64,000 nt of DNA from Albugo candida (lineage: Eukaryota). Below the pieces are notes generated by a model. That model was not told the DNA's origin and ran no database searches. It was given only the letters and a program-made list of their open reading frames with translations. The translations under genes were made by a program, and so were the position numbers. The stretch is taken from the NCBI GenBank assembly GCA_040437565.1, contig JBDOQK010000018.1:310001-374000 (forward strand), written 5' to 3'. Position 1 is the stretch's first letter. Every line of letters begins with the position of its first letter. Shown here piece after piece: positions 12,791 through 25,900 of this stretch.

Positions 12791-13740
12791 ATGTCAACAA
12801 TTACGGCCGAGGAAAGTACATTTACTGCATTGCAACAAGTAGTTGACGAATTCGAAGAAAGCAATGTACTCTTCCGCGTGAAGTTTTACGTCAGTCTCAA
12901 GTCTTACAGAGCTGCACACACGCGTTCGGCCGAAGAGCTTGGCATATAGACAATCAATACTTCCATATTGAAGAGATTTTTAAACAACTTTGAGGAAAGG
13001 AACAGGAACTTAGCGGTAATGAACAGCAAGTCGAGTTCGACAATGCGTGAAGAGGCGCTCGAGCAAGCAGACATGGGACGGTGTGCATATTAGACATAAC
13101 AACAGGACCTATCAAGTTGAACGCCAGTGAAACAGACTTGTTTTGTGCTTAAATGCTTGCTTTCCATAAATATGACAATCGCATCGCTCCAGGCTTGGTC
13201 GTGCCCCAACGCCAACCCTCAACTTCACATGTTCAAGTATGGATTGAATTTTGCAAAAGCTGCACAGTTTTCTACATTCCGCGCCGCTGCGTTAGCCCCA
13301 CAGCAGACAGTGCTAGAGCAGATGCACAATCAATTGTGACCGATGTTACGCAGTAGCTCTTGTCAAGGTGGGGTACAATATATGCGTCGTAGCACATTAA
13401 TTGGCAAATTTGGGCGTCGCAGATTGTCTGTAAACCCATGCCGTTACAGGCAGCAGCGATTGAGCGGCCCCGGCCAATCCAAATCTTCCATCTGTTTCGG
13501 CATTTACCAAGGGTGGAGATGCTTTTGTACAATCTGCACAGCAGAACAACTCGGTTGCTATAGCCATTCTTGATGACTTTGGTGAGCAAGTTGATGTGAT
13601 CAAGCCCGAGATTACGAATTCTTTGTTGCGAAATGAGGATTTAGAGCAGAGTATGGCCCGTCACCGTCGATGATTGTGGTATTCAACAATGCATTAATAC
13701 CCGTTGAAACTCCTGACAGTCAAGAAATTCTTCAAGATAC
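12791..13740 (+). pseudogene. Decayed ORF of unknown function, convergent with the IS630-like transposase
   Basis: Coding-like start MSTITAEESTFTALQQVVDEF..., later HINWQIWASQIV. Interrupted by stops and frameshifts. Confidence 0.4.
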
Positions 13741-13797
13741 CCCTGATCAGGTAGATATAGATAATGCAGAATAAAAACAATTGAGAACTGCGGTTTC

Positions 13798-14690
13798 TTA
13801 TGCAAAGCCCAGTTCAAAAAGATCAATTGAATTATTGTATCGTACACAAGGTTTAAATCGTCCTGAAAGTGAATATCTGCATTTATGGAAGAGATTGTGC
13901 ATGTTATAGTTTATATACGTTTCAAACTTAGAGGAGATTGCCGTCGGCATATCTCGTGCCTTGACTGAGCCTTCTGTGTAATTGCGCTGCGTGCTTTCCC
14001 TGGTCAATCCAAACATCACCTCAATGAGATTGTAAAAAGGACAATACGAAAGCAAAAATATGGGTATAATCTCACGCGACCGCATGTAATTAGTGAAATT
14101 TGGGTGGCAATGAATCCTCGCGCCGTCAGCAACCCACACAGAGTGCATTCCTGGGTGCTTTTGTACCTTGCCTGACTTAAGGGAAAACTTACGGCAGCAT
14201 TCCATGAACTTGCTCCGATCAAATGTTCCCTCAGTCATGTAGGCACCCAAAAGACCTTCACACCGGATGAAGCAGAGCAAGGATGTNNNNNNNNNNNNNN
14301 NNNNNNNNNNNNNNNNNNNNNNNNNNNNNNNNNNNNNNNNNNNNNNNNNNNNNNNNNNNNNNNNNNNNNNNNNNNNNNNNNNNNNNGCAGCTGATGTCCG
14401 TGTTCCACTTCACTTCGAATGCGTGATTGGTCTCGTCCAGGTATGAAAGTGGGTTGCTGATTGTATAACAGCGCAACCATTCGCGGTTCTCCGCGTTATA
14501 CTTTTGGTTTGGAAATTCTGTGAATTGACGTGCAACAGAGCCAGTCTTCTCGTATGCCTTGATCCAGGCGCTGACGGTAGACGGTAGCAACCCTCCTATA
14601 TACAAATCTCAGGAAGTAATAGGCATACAGAGCGTGTAACTTCATGTTTTCCGAAGCGTGCTGACGTTCTATGGTGGAAAGAAGCATATA
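13798..14690 (-). pseudogene. IS630/Tc1 DD34E transposase pseudogene
   Basis: HTH region STVSAWIKAYEKTGSV and PLSYLDE. Catalytic DGARIH...SYCPFYNLIE with 34 residues between D and E. Frameshift and N gap present. Confidence 0.88.
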
Positions 14691-14994
14691 GAATAAGCGG
14701 GTTCTGTTAATCTCTGGTAGAGATACTGAGATTTGTCGTGGTGTGTAATAGAAAGCAAAGAAGGGGGTTAGGGTTGGCAGGTAGAATGGGTGACAGCTGC
14801 CAAAAAAAACGCAAAATTTGGATTTTCCTTGAAATCGACAGTACTTATGAACGATTTTGAACAACTTTCTTTCATTTATAGGATGGACGCAGTCTCGTAC
14901 TCTGGTGGTTGAGGCTAACGCAATACAGGACTACCAAGGAGAAGACATGATTATCATCTCTCACAGGTATTTTCACGAAACGTTTATTGTAGGT

Positions 14995-15085
14995 ATATGT
15001 GTTATTGAAGATAGCTTAGGCAACTAGAGAAGTCAGTTAGTCTAGTCTGAATCTAGTAATATAGACACCTTCAACTAAGCTAGAC
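14995..15085 (+). repeat. Dispersed repeat (possible LTR fragment)
   Basis: TGTTATT(G/T)AAGATAGC(T/C)TAGGCAACTAGAGAAGTCAGTTAGTCTA...TAATATAGACACCTTCAACT recurs at 30726-30810 and partly at 20640-20675. Confidence 0.7.
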
Positions 15086-15575
15086 AGGCACTTCTCAATT
15101 TGCCGTCTACTGCGTAATCCGCCATTTTAGCAGAAACAACTCGAAAAACAACTTTTTTGAACCCCCAAGTCGACATATCGACACAACCCAGGGTGCTGCG
15201 TCCACTTGTAGTGAAGTGGCAACCGTCGTGAATCACCTGGGTTTGGGTGACTGCATGATTGTTGATGAGTCATCATCCCTGTGTGATGACGTAGTGAGTG
15301 CCCCCACCCCATTGTGACGGTTCAGGGTGGGTCAGTGCTGTATATATTCAATGACTGACCCGAGCAACCAAAGCTTTTGCATTGAAGGAATTATATCTTA
15401 CGTGTAGTGCCCTACGCAGTGCACAAACGATGATGCGTTGGTCCACTGACGAACTAGAACTTTGATCCTAGTCTATCCTTATCATTTGATGTACAGTGCC
15501 CTTACAAAAAGATTGTCGATTTTTTAGGGTATTGATATCCCGACAACTTTTTTTAGTTGCATTTTTATTTTTATA

Positions 15576-16340
15576 GGGAGCCGCTAACCAGCCCGCAGGT
15601 TACGCTAAACAGCCCCCAGCCTCCATGTATTAATAGATGGGTGGCCTCTGGTTAGTTTAAAAAAATATAATAGAGTAAGTAAAATAAAATTAGGAGAATC
15701 GTTATCCAGCCCCACCCATCATAAATTTATGGAAATCGGGGCCTCTGATTGGTCTGAATAGATGCAACGGAATCAAATACAATAAAATCACACTTCAACC
15801 CATCAGACCCAACTTTCAGCAATGCATGCCACCTTCGCTGCTTCGATGAGCTACCTTGAGACAGCTTGGCTGGTTTACAAGGAGCGTTTTTTTGCTATAC
15901 TACACAATAGGCGCCATATGGGCTTGTACTAACACTTTGGGTGGAGAGCGTCCATGCTGCTCTCAAAAAATAGATCTCTGTGTCAGCAGGTAATTTGTAT
16001 TGTATGCTACTTGTGCTGGCAAAAGTTACATTTATCTGACAATTCATTTATTGCAGGTGATCTACTCTCAGTGGATTCAGCAGTTCGCCTTCCTTGCGAA
16101 GGACAGCTTGCTGCCATTGTGCAGCAAATGCAAAACAGCATCAACAGCACCAGCAAAACCTGCAGCAGTAGATTTAGATATAGGCCTAGCCAATCTTAAT
16201 ATTGTAAAACCGCTATCTAGAGCATATATTCAAATAAGGGTACTCTTTTTAGCCAATCGTGACTCGTAATCATATCTTAGAGTGCTATATTCAAGGGTGA
16301 GGGCTGGTTAGCGAAAACTGCGGGCTGGTTAGCGGCGCCC
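15576..16340 (+). mobile_element. Internally deleted Mutator-like element (765 bp)
   Basis: 40-bp TIRs GGG(A/C)GCCGCTAACCAGCCCGCAG..., 8-bp TSD TTTTTATA/TTTCTATA, internal MULE fragment YLETAWLVYKERF...VESVHAALK. Confidence 0.85.
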
Positions 16341-16529
16341 TTTCTATATGTTAATTACATCATGCCTACTTAGATTATTTCTCCCACAACTTTTTAGAAC
16401 AATAAATAATGGGAGCCTTTAGTATTCACTCACCCTCTTCATAGTATTCACTCATCCCCCTAATCATTGGCCAAAAATTCACTCAAATTGACTTGAGACC
16501 GAAATCAATATTCAATTACTTGTAACAAC

Positions 16530-19500
16530 TACTATGGTGCGACTCCCCTAGAAGCAACATTTTTTTTGTTCAATTTCGGGCAAATTTTTTTTTAACAGAT
16601 CCAAGGAGTTTTGTTATATTACCAAAGCTATTTTTCGAATATACTCATTCAAATTTGAATTATTTCAAGTACTCTTTAAACTTAATTTTTAAAAATAAGA
16701 ATATGGATTTGAATAAAGTTGGTAAGGTTCTGCGCGTATTATCGAATCAAAAAATTGAAAAAGAAATTTCAAAAAAATGTTTTAATTTTTTTTATAATGG
16801 CTCCTCCCAAAAAAAAGAAGGCTGGCCCTATTATCCAACTTGCACCTAGCCAACAACAAGAATAGACAGCTTCAGGCACATAAACTACAGCTGAAAGAGG
16901 TGGTGGCAGCAGAGGATCTCGACTGTCAGAGCCTGATGTCAGACTGGAGTGGAGAGGAGCAGGAGGAAGGAAGGGGGAAGGTGAAGGTGAAGGTGAAGGT
17001 GAAGGTGAAGGTNNNNNNNNNNNNNNNNNNNNNNNNNNNNNNNNNNNNNNNNNNNNNNNNNNNNNNNNNNNNNNNNNNNNNNNNNNNNNNNNNNNNNNNN
17101 NNNNNNNNNNNNATATTACCAAAGCTATTTTTCGAATATACTCATTCAAATTTGAATTATTTCAAGTACTCTTTAAACTTAATTTTTAAAAATAAGAATA
17201 TGGATTTGAATAAAGTTGGTAAGGTTCTGCGCGTATTATCGAATCAAAAAATTGAAAAAGAAATTTCAAAAAAATGTTTTAATTTTTTTTATAATGGCTC
17301 CTCCCAAAAAAAAGAAGGCTGGCCCTATTATCCAACTTGCACCTAGCCAACAACAAGAATAGACAGCTTCAGGCACATAAACTACAGCTGAAAGAGGTGG
17401 TGGCAGCAGAGGATCTCGACTGTCAGAGCCTGATGTCAGACTGGAGTGGAGAGGAGCAGGAGGAAGGAAGGGGGAAGGTGAAGGTGAAGGTGAAGGTGAA
17501 GGTGAAGGTTAAGAAGACTGGCTGGAAACAGACACAGCTACAAAAGTTAATTGCTACTGTCCAGGCTCAGCTGGAGAAGGAAAAGAAGGGGAAGAAGAGA
17601 TCTTCTACCTTTAAAAGTGAGCCGGCTTCTTTTGCCAAAAACGTTCTTTACCCTTTATCTCCTTACATACCTTGGCAGAGAACTCAAGAACTACCATGTG
17701 GAGGAGGGAGAAGTATCTAAAGGAGAATAACCTGCAGAGGCTGAACATCTACTTCAAACCAGCAGGTCAACAGACATCAGCAACTAAAAGAAAGGAGCTG
17801 TTCATTGCATCAGAACATGATAGTAGTGAGCAGCAGGGAGAAGAGGGAGAAGAAGAAGACAGGACGCAAGAGGCGATTAACGGTTTGAAGGAAGGGCTGT
17901 AAGGCATACAGAATCAGAAAAGCAGCTGGGGAAAATTCACCCTTTACTTGTTTTAAGACTTATGGCCATCCTCCATTTTCTGGAAGGACAGCTTTACTAG
18001 GGCATGAGGAAGTAGGAATTGTCAGCTACTGCAGCCAACGACAAACTGCAAAAGACGTCAGAATGGGCCTGCAGGAACGTTGGGCTTTGGGCAGATCGGT
18101 ACTTGATCAGCAAAGCCCTTCCAACACATCAGGAAGGCCGACATTCAAAAAGGGGAGAGATCCTGGCAGATCTTGATATCAAGAGGGGGTGCCTGTCATG
18201 GATGAGGGGGAGGAAGCTCAATGAAAGATCGCTCAAAGAGCTCCAGATGGTCCTTCAAAACAGCATTTTCCCAAAGGTCCTGGGAGAGAAGAAGCAGAAG
18301 ATCAGCTACTTGACAGTGGTCAAGTACCTTAAGATCTGGGGATTCAAAATAAAGAAAATGGGAAAGCAGCTGCATATGAATGGTCATGAAAGTGAGTATG
18401 TGGTGAAGTATAGAGAGGTTTGGTCAAAGAGAATGCTGGAGTACAAAAAGAAGATGGATGAGCGGACTGGAGAGGTGCTGGCAGAGGGCAAGGTGGAAGT
18501 GTGGGACAACAAGTATGTGCATGTGACGCATGATGAGTCTACCTTCTACAGCAACGATGGAAGAGAGGAGTTCTGGGTAGAAGAAGGCGATAGTTGGATT
18601 AGAAAGAAAGGACCAGGGTGGTCAATCATGATCGATGACTTTCTGTGCCCGTGCCATGGGCCCATAAAAGTCACTGATCAGCAAGAGAGGGAGAATGGGC
18701 TCACTTCACCATCAGCCAGAGAGATCATCAAGTCCGGCAAGAACAGAGATGGTTGGTGGAAAAGTGAAGACATGGTAAGGCAACTCAATGAGAAGGCCAT
18801 CCCCATTTTCAAAATTCTTCATCCAGGATGTATTGGTGAGTTTTTCAAAATTCTTGTTTCACATTTCTAGTTGAAGCTGAAAATTGATTTTTTCTTTCAG
18901 CAAAAAAAATCAGGACTTTTTTCTTTCGACCAATCCTCCAGTCATCAGGCGTTTGCTCTCAACGCTCTGGTGGCTGGCAGGATGACTGTCAAGCCTAAGA
19001 AGGAGAAAACATACCAATACAAAGATGGATGGTACATCATTGATTACCAAAAAATCTGGTAATCCATGTGATCTACCCACATGGGAGAGATTTACTTTAA
19101 GGGCATCGAGATGGTAAGCTTTCTTCTCTGTGCTTTCAAGATCTCACTGATGCGCTCTCACCACTGACGTTGCTATCTCACAGGTGCTAAAAGAAAGAGG
19201 ATTAGGTCCTCCTCCCAACGTAAATTGAAATCTGGATTGCCATTCCAAGGCATTGCCTCCAACAAATGACTGCTTCTGGAGGCATGCCTTGATGGCCCAG
19301 TCCGATTTTGCTGAACAGGAGTCAGCCCTGGAGATGGAGGTGAAGCAGACAGGGCATATTACTGAATATTACCCCGAATTCCACTGTGAGTGCAACTTCA
19401 TCGAGAGGTACTGGGAGCTGCCAAGAGAGCAGCGCGAACCAATGTAATATAATTTCACCTCGCTTTGGGAGAGGCTCCCTGGTATCCTCGATGGAGTGAT

Positions 19501-20110
19501 CATGAAAGAAATTCGGAAGCACTATCGAGCATCCTGGCGATACATCAAAATGTATAGAAAAGGCAAGGATGCCATCGAGGCGGAGAAGGTTGAGCGAGGC
19601 TGACGGAAGCTGAAATCGCACCGACGTCTGCGCGTCAACGATCGATTTCTGCAGGCATATCGATGTGTTGACAGGTTTTTGAGCTTTTTTTGGATTTTCT
19701 TATGACTCCGCCATATATACATCACCATTACTCGTTTTTGTATACCTCTCATGCCCTATTTACTCTCATCCCAGGCCAAAAACTGTGCATAGACATTCCT
19801 ATTTTAATACCTTGCCTGCCTTATGTCTTTCTATACCAGCCACGAAAAAAAACTTTCACAGCGTACGACCTTTCACACGGGATGTTTTAGATCCTGCCGA
19901 TCTTAGGAAAACGTGCAAAAAGGTCAAACTTTCAGGCGTATCAGCACCATGAAAAAAAAGATATGCACAATCTGCTTGCAACAAAATGTTCAGCACTGCA
20001 AAAGCTATCGTTTGGTGCAAGAAAAATTGACAAAACTTTCCAATCCAGGTGTCTGATAGACTTTAAACTTGATCAAAAAATGTTGGTTCTAGAGGAGTTG
20101 CACCACTCTG
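16530..20110 (+). mobile_element. Long-spacer DDE (ITm-type) transposon with intron-containing transposase pseudogene
   Basis: TIRs TGGTGCGACTCCCCTAGAAGCAACATTTTTT against the reverse complement of 20075-20105. Transposase motifs GHES..VV, HVTHDESTFYSNDG, DGWW, FDQSSSH, YYPEFHCECNFIERYW, KSHR over about 17295-19630. GT-AG introns near 18836-18913 and 19114-19183. Confidence 0.85.
17474..17509 (+). repeat. (GAAGGT)n microsatellite in the transposase N-terminal region (also 16976-17012)
   Basis: Direct hexamer repeats seen in the sequence. Confidence 0.9.
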
Positions 20111-22920
20111 CTCACTACCATTCAATTCACTAGAAAGGAAAAAAGTCAGCTTTCTAGATCAATCAGCCAATCTCTTATATCGCGAATACTGACCGAGAAG
20201 AGCTAAAGTTGTTATTTTTTGTTTTTAAAAATAGCTTTTTCATTATTTCTAAACAAAGTGTGTTTATAATTGCAGAATTTTTACGTGTATGTGCTGAATG
20301 TATAAGGTTAATAAGTTGAGTTCAATCCATACTCTGTTTGTGCCGAGGAGTGCTTGAAAGTGAGTCACTGCGCGTGATGGGTGAGTGATGATTATTGATA
20401 AATTTTAGCCAATGGAGTGGGGGTGGGGGGTGATTGAATATACTATCAAGAGGGTGCGTAAATACTAAAGGCTCCCTAAATAATGGATACTCGATATGCC
20501 GGCAACTTTTTTTTCTTAAATCTCATTTCGTTTCAATTTAAATTGCGTCATGCATACTTAAATTATCACTTCCACAACTCTTTTGGAAAAAAAATTAGTC
20601 TACATTTCTAACTAATAGAAGTCATTTACGTGTTAGGCTACTTCTAGTAATATAGATACCTTCAACTGAGCTAAACGCTCACCAATATAGACGATTCATT
20701 GCCAGTTTGTCGTTGTTGAGCTATAATGCGTCGTAAGGACGCAACAATTATCTGTACCAACGCCGAAAATAAAATGTGCTAAGAAAATCATTTAGTTACT
20801 AGAGCTTGTCCCTGGATCTGAGCTAGGCAAAGTTGCGTTTCTCACAGGTGGCGCGGTATTGCTAATCTGCATCTATCTGAAGTTATTTGCATCTGAACAG
20901 CTTGCCAATGATTAATTTTACATGCAAAGGTGTTATCTCTTTTAAATTTGCTACTATAAAAAGTAAGAGTAGGATGTGTCAAATGGAAATGTCATATGTA
21001 TTAGCCGAGCACACTTGAAACTTTCTGTGCATTAGCCAATCACAAATATTTCTCGATTAAAGTTGTTGGAGCAACAATTAGGGTGTGTATGGATGTATTT
21101 AGTTAATTAAAGTAAAATTATTTATGTACTTTTCAAAATGGAATTGCTGCGGACACACCCCTAAAAAAAGAAATTACAAACATATTCCTTACTCTCGCAC
21201 CGTCAATTAAGTAAATTAAGGAGTCTATCCATGCCTTCCCTGAAAATAAAATTTACAAACATACCCCCTACTTTCGTACCGCCATGTCCGCTGCTCTCAA
21301 GTCCAACTCTTGATGGTGGCAGTAACACCATCAGAAAAGCTGACATTATTTCAATCAAAGTAAAAGTAGCCTAGTGGGCAGGCATTACAGTGAAGAGAAA
21401 AATCCAGCCACGATTGCCTTCTATCATATTGCGCTCTTTGCTGATTCTGATTAAGCTTTCTGTAAAGCCTGCCGTTTACGCAGCATAGTGGCTCGAAAGC
21501 ACATGAGCTGGTGGTGCACCTCCACCAATATCCCTACCTTGCGCAGCTTCACAAACGTAGTAGGATGTAGATTTGCCACAGGAATTACCATCGTCGAGTT
21601 GGCCATTCGCGACGGAGCAAGACGACACTGCTCAGTGCTGTTGGTTCAGCGTGTAGGTACGCAACAATGACACCATTGTCCGATTATTTAGCCACATGTT
21701 GTCGTCAGGAAATGGAGTATAGCTTCGCGTAGGTCTCAATTCCCCTCAACAACATCNNNNNNNNNNNNNNNNNNNNNNNNNNNNNNNNNNNNNNNNNNNN
21801 NNNNNNNNNNNNNNNNNNNNNNNNNNNNNNNNNNNNNNNNNNNNNNNNNNNNNNNNAAAAATGTTGGTTCTAGAGGAGTTGCACCACTCTGCTCACTACC
21901 ATTCAATTCACTAGAAAGGAAAAAAGTCAGCTTTCTAGATCAATCAGCCAATCTCTTATATCGCGAATACTGACCGAGAAGAGCTAAAGTTGTTATTTTT
22001 TGTTTTTAAAAATAGCTTTTTCATTATTTCTAAACAAAGTGTGTTTATAATTGCAGAATTTTTACGTGTATGTGCTGAATGTATAAGGTTAATAAGTTGA
22101 GTTCAATCCATACTCTGTTTGTGCCGAGGAGTGCTTGAAAGTGAGTCACTGCGCGTGATGGGTGAGTGATGATTATTGATAAATTTTAGCCAATGGAGTG
22201 GGGGTGGGGGGTGATTGAATATACTATCAAGAGGGTGCGTAAATACTAAAGGCTCCCTAAATAATGGATACTCGATATGCCGGCAACTTTTTTTTCTTAA
22301 ATCTCATTTCGTTTCAATTTAAATTGCGTCATGCATACTTAAATTATCACTTCCACAACTCTTTTGGAAAAAAAATTAGTCTACATTTCTAACTAATAGA
22401 AGTCATTTACGTGTTAGGCTACTTCTAGTAATATAGATACCTTCAACTGAGCTAAACGCTCACCAATATAGACGATTCATTGCCAGTTTGTCGTTGTTGA
22501 GCTATAATGCGTCGTAAGGACGCAACAATTATCTGTACCAACGCCGAAAATAAAATGTGCTAAGAAAATCATTTAGTTACTAGAGCTTGTCCCTGGATCT
22601 GAGCTAGGCAAAGTTGCGTTTCTCACAGGTGGCGCGGTATTGCTAATCTGCATCTATCTGAAGTTATTTGCATCTGAACAGCTTGCCAATGATTAATTTT
22701 ACATGCAAAGGTGTTATCTCTTTTAAATTTGCTACTATAAAAAGTAAGAGTAGGATGTGTCAAATGGAAATGTCATATGTATTAGCCGAGCACACTTGAA
22801 ACTTTCTGTGCATTAGCCAATCACAAATATTTCTCGATTAAAGTTGTTGGAGCAACAATTAGGGTGTGTATGGATGTATTTAGTTAATTAAAGTAAAATT
22901 ATTTATGTACTTTTCAAAAT

Positions 22921-25900
22921 GGAATTGCTGCGGACACACCCCTAAAAAAAGAAATTACAAACATATTCCTTACTCTCGCACCGTCAATTAAGTAAATTAA
23001 GGAGTCTATCCATGCCTTCCCTGAAAATAAAATTTACAAACATACCCCCTACTTTCGTACCGCCATGTCCGCTGCTCTCAAGTCCAACTCTTGATGGTGG
23101 CAGTAACACCATCAGAAAAGCTGACATTATTTCAATCAAAGTAAAAGTAGCCTAGTGGGCAGGCATTACAGTGAAGAGAAAAATCCAGCCACGATTGCCT
23201 TCTATCATATTGCGCTCTTTGCTGATTCTGATTAAGCTTTCTGTAAAGCCTGCCGTTTACGCAGCATAGTGGCTCGAAAGCACATGAGCTGGTGGTGCAC
23301 CTCCACCAATATCCCTACCTTGCGCAGCTTCACAAACGTAGTAGGATGTAGATTTGCCACAGGAATTACCATCGTCGAGTTGGCCATTCGCGACGGAGCA
23401 AGACGACACTGCTCAGTGCTGTTGGTTCAGCGTGTAGGTACGCAACAATGACACCATTGTCCGATTATTTAGCCACATGTTGTCGTCAGGAAATGGAGTA
23501 TAGCTTCGCGTAGGTCTCAATTCCCCTCAACAACATCGTTCCTTTTGGAATGAAAGAACACAACAGGAAATTATCAACATATAGTGAAACAATTATTCTT
23601 GATTAAGGTACCGGCTTTGACAACTAAACTTCTTTGATGGAAATGACTCACCTCTTCAGCCAAGTCCCTGTTCTTTGCTTCAACATTTTGTCTTTAGCTG
23701 GATTGCTAAATGATGCGAGCGAGTTAGCTACAATTATTTCTTCCGTCAAAGATATGCATCGGGTGTTTCCACGTTGTCGACGACACTAATCTCGGGCTCC
23801 TCAACAGTTTTTAAAAGAGTTTGTGGAACTCTGGATAGTACTTATTCATATATATCAGAGAAGTGAGACCTCACTAATTTGTGTTGTTGTATTATGGAAT
23901 GACAACAGAGAAAGTAAGTAGACCAGTCAAACAATACCATACCAAACTGATGACCTGCATACCTGTCTCAATTTTTACACGTTATTCTATTATGCTCCCA
24001 CTTGCCACAAGCTAGGCATTTGTTTCTCTTTTTTCCAGGTTGATGGTATTCAAAGGCTGATGGGTCACGCTTGTTTGATTTTTAGGCTACTTTTGCGCAG
24101 GTCGCCCACGCGTTTTGACGGAATGTGGTGGAAGAATGTCCCGCTCAGTCAAAATATCTCTAACTGCTGAGTGCAAACGAGCATGAGGAGCAGCACTATT
24201 ATGCACCTCATAGAGCTCGGAGTGTGTGTCCTCCCAACTATTTATATCTCTTTGCATGGAATTCTACGGACCCCCTTTCAATCAGATTTAAAATGAATGC
24301 AGGTTAGCTATGGTCAGAGAATCGTTGGACTGTAGTTTTGCTTACAGAGTATCCTGGCAGGGCAAGCCAAATGCGACATGTTGTGCACAGAGGAAAAGTT
24401 TGGGGAGTGATTTCCCAGCTTTCTGTAATGCTTTTATCGCCTCCAACTGGGCGAAAATCTAGAAAAATGGTTGAAGGGCACAGATGTGAGACTTTATCAT
24501 TTCTATGACCCAAAGCAAAGAAAAGTATCATACGTTTTCGATGGCGAAGCTGAACACCACACACCACCCAGGAAGCTGAAGAAGGGCGTCCTGGTATTTG
24601 TGAATTGTTCTAGCTGGTCTGCTGCCTCACCAGCTCGGATTGCATCAACTGGTGCTGGATAGCAATGTAAATTTGGCCTACCACCTGTTGAAGGTCACCT
24701 ATCGACGTATGGACATATTTGTTGAGGAATGAATCTGAACCCTCCATTCGAGAGGAGATGGTCCGTCCGAGATGAAAACGATTTCGAGTCCATGCCTGCA
24801 TGAAATGTTTCTTTCCAAGGTAGCCAAGTTTCGCGCAGACACGTGATGCACTTTGCATAGAATTCATCATATTGGGTTCTAACAGGATCCCACATATCCT
24901 TGTACTTGTTGTCTGTAGAAAAGTGAACAATAGTTTACAATTGGCAATTAATTCATTCCAATCATGCGCGGACGGAAATTCGCTTTTGAAGTTTCCCAGG
25001 ATATTCTTATTGGTATGCCAGACACGAAAGTGAGGAACCCCTGGGAAAAAAATTCATGGCATTGATCAATGCCACTTCTCTGTCAATTACTAGGCAGGCA
25101 GGCAGTTTTCCTGGTAGCAACGTAATATTCTTAAATTTATTAAGCGCCCATATGTCACCAACCTTTTCTTCTGTGACAAAGATCACGGAAGCGGAATAGG
25201 ACTGATTCAGCGGGGTCATCTCAACAATATGAAGAAGTGGCACACCATACCGGTTCGTTTTATGTGTGCAGTCAGTCACAAACACAGGATGGTATTTATC
25301 AACCAGATTCCTTGATGCAACGTACTGACATAGAGATGACTTTTTTATGACCTGCTTGGTCTGATTAGAGCTGTGGTGCCATTTCTCCCCAGGACAGAGC
25401 TCATCCATCAAGGCCTTTGAAGATATGCGGCGTGCAAGGTACTGCTTGGAATAAAAGCTTTTTGCTTGCTGATTTACTTTATTACGAACGCAACTTGAGG
25501 GCCCTCAGCCGGTATCTGCCTTAAATCAGTTGCAATTTTCTTTGGTGGGAAATTGCCTATTGACATTACAGCTATTTGTGAAGATGCAGTGATGAAACTT
25601 TTCTGGCACCTGGATGGCCACTGAGGTCAACATCAATCTCATGCTTGTGCTCCGAGCGAACGTCATCAAGCAACCAAACTCTTTGTTTTAGCCAACCAAC
25701 CCAGCGGAAGGGGCAACCATGTTGACGGCTAGAAGATATCCGCTGGCGGGTATTTTCTGTTAATCTCCAATTATTTCTGTAAACACCACCCAGGTCGCAT
25801 CCATAATAAACAGCAGTGGCTTTCGAACGGACTATAGTTAGAAAGAAATCATTGTATAGTGCATATCGTTTTGCTGCCTCATCAATAGCGATTCGAGAAT

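Larger units (their letters stand above)
16411..20476. mobile_element. MITE with GGGAGCC TIRs, carrying a nested DDE transposon
   Basis: ~50-bp TIRs GGGAGCCTTTAGTATT..., perfect 8-bp TSD TAAATAAT at 16403-16410 and 20477-20484. Confidence 0.88.

Noticed and set aside
15200-15490. Solo LTR (TG...CA-like segment); likewise 12302-12490 with 14870-14965
   Set aside because: No matching TSD and no second copy in the window.
16840-17720. ORFs with (KV)n or (SP)n repeats as novel repeat proteins
   Set aside because: They are translations of a (GAAGGT)n microsatellite within a frameshifted transposase.
16411-20476. ITm-type transposase with an anomalous 8-bp TSD
   Set aside because: The 8-bp TSD belongs to an outer MITE. 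The transposase has its own inner TIRs at about 16530-20110.
20076-23537. 1.7-kb tandem duplication (also 1915-2148, 16616-17509, 25389-28456, 38446-38625, 55353-55832, 60838-61203, 61451-62582)
   Set aside because: Each pair is near-identical and abuts an exactly 100-N gap, the pattern of unmerged contig overlaps. Not counted as real duplications or extra genes.
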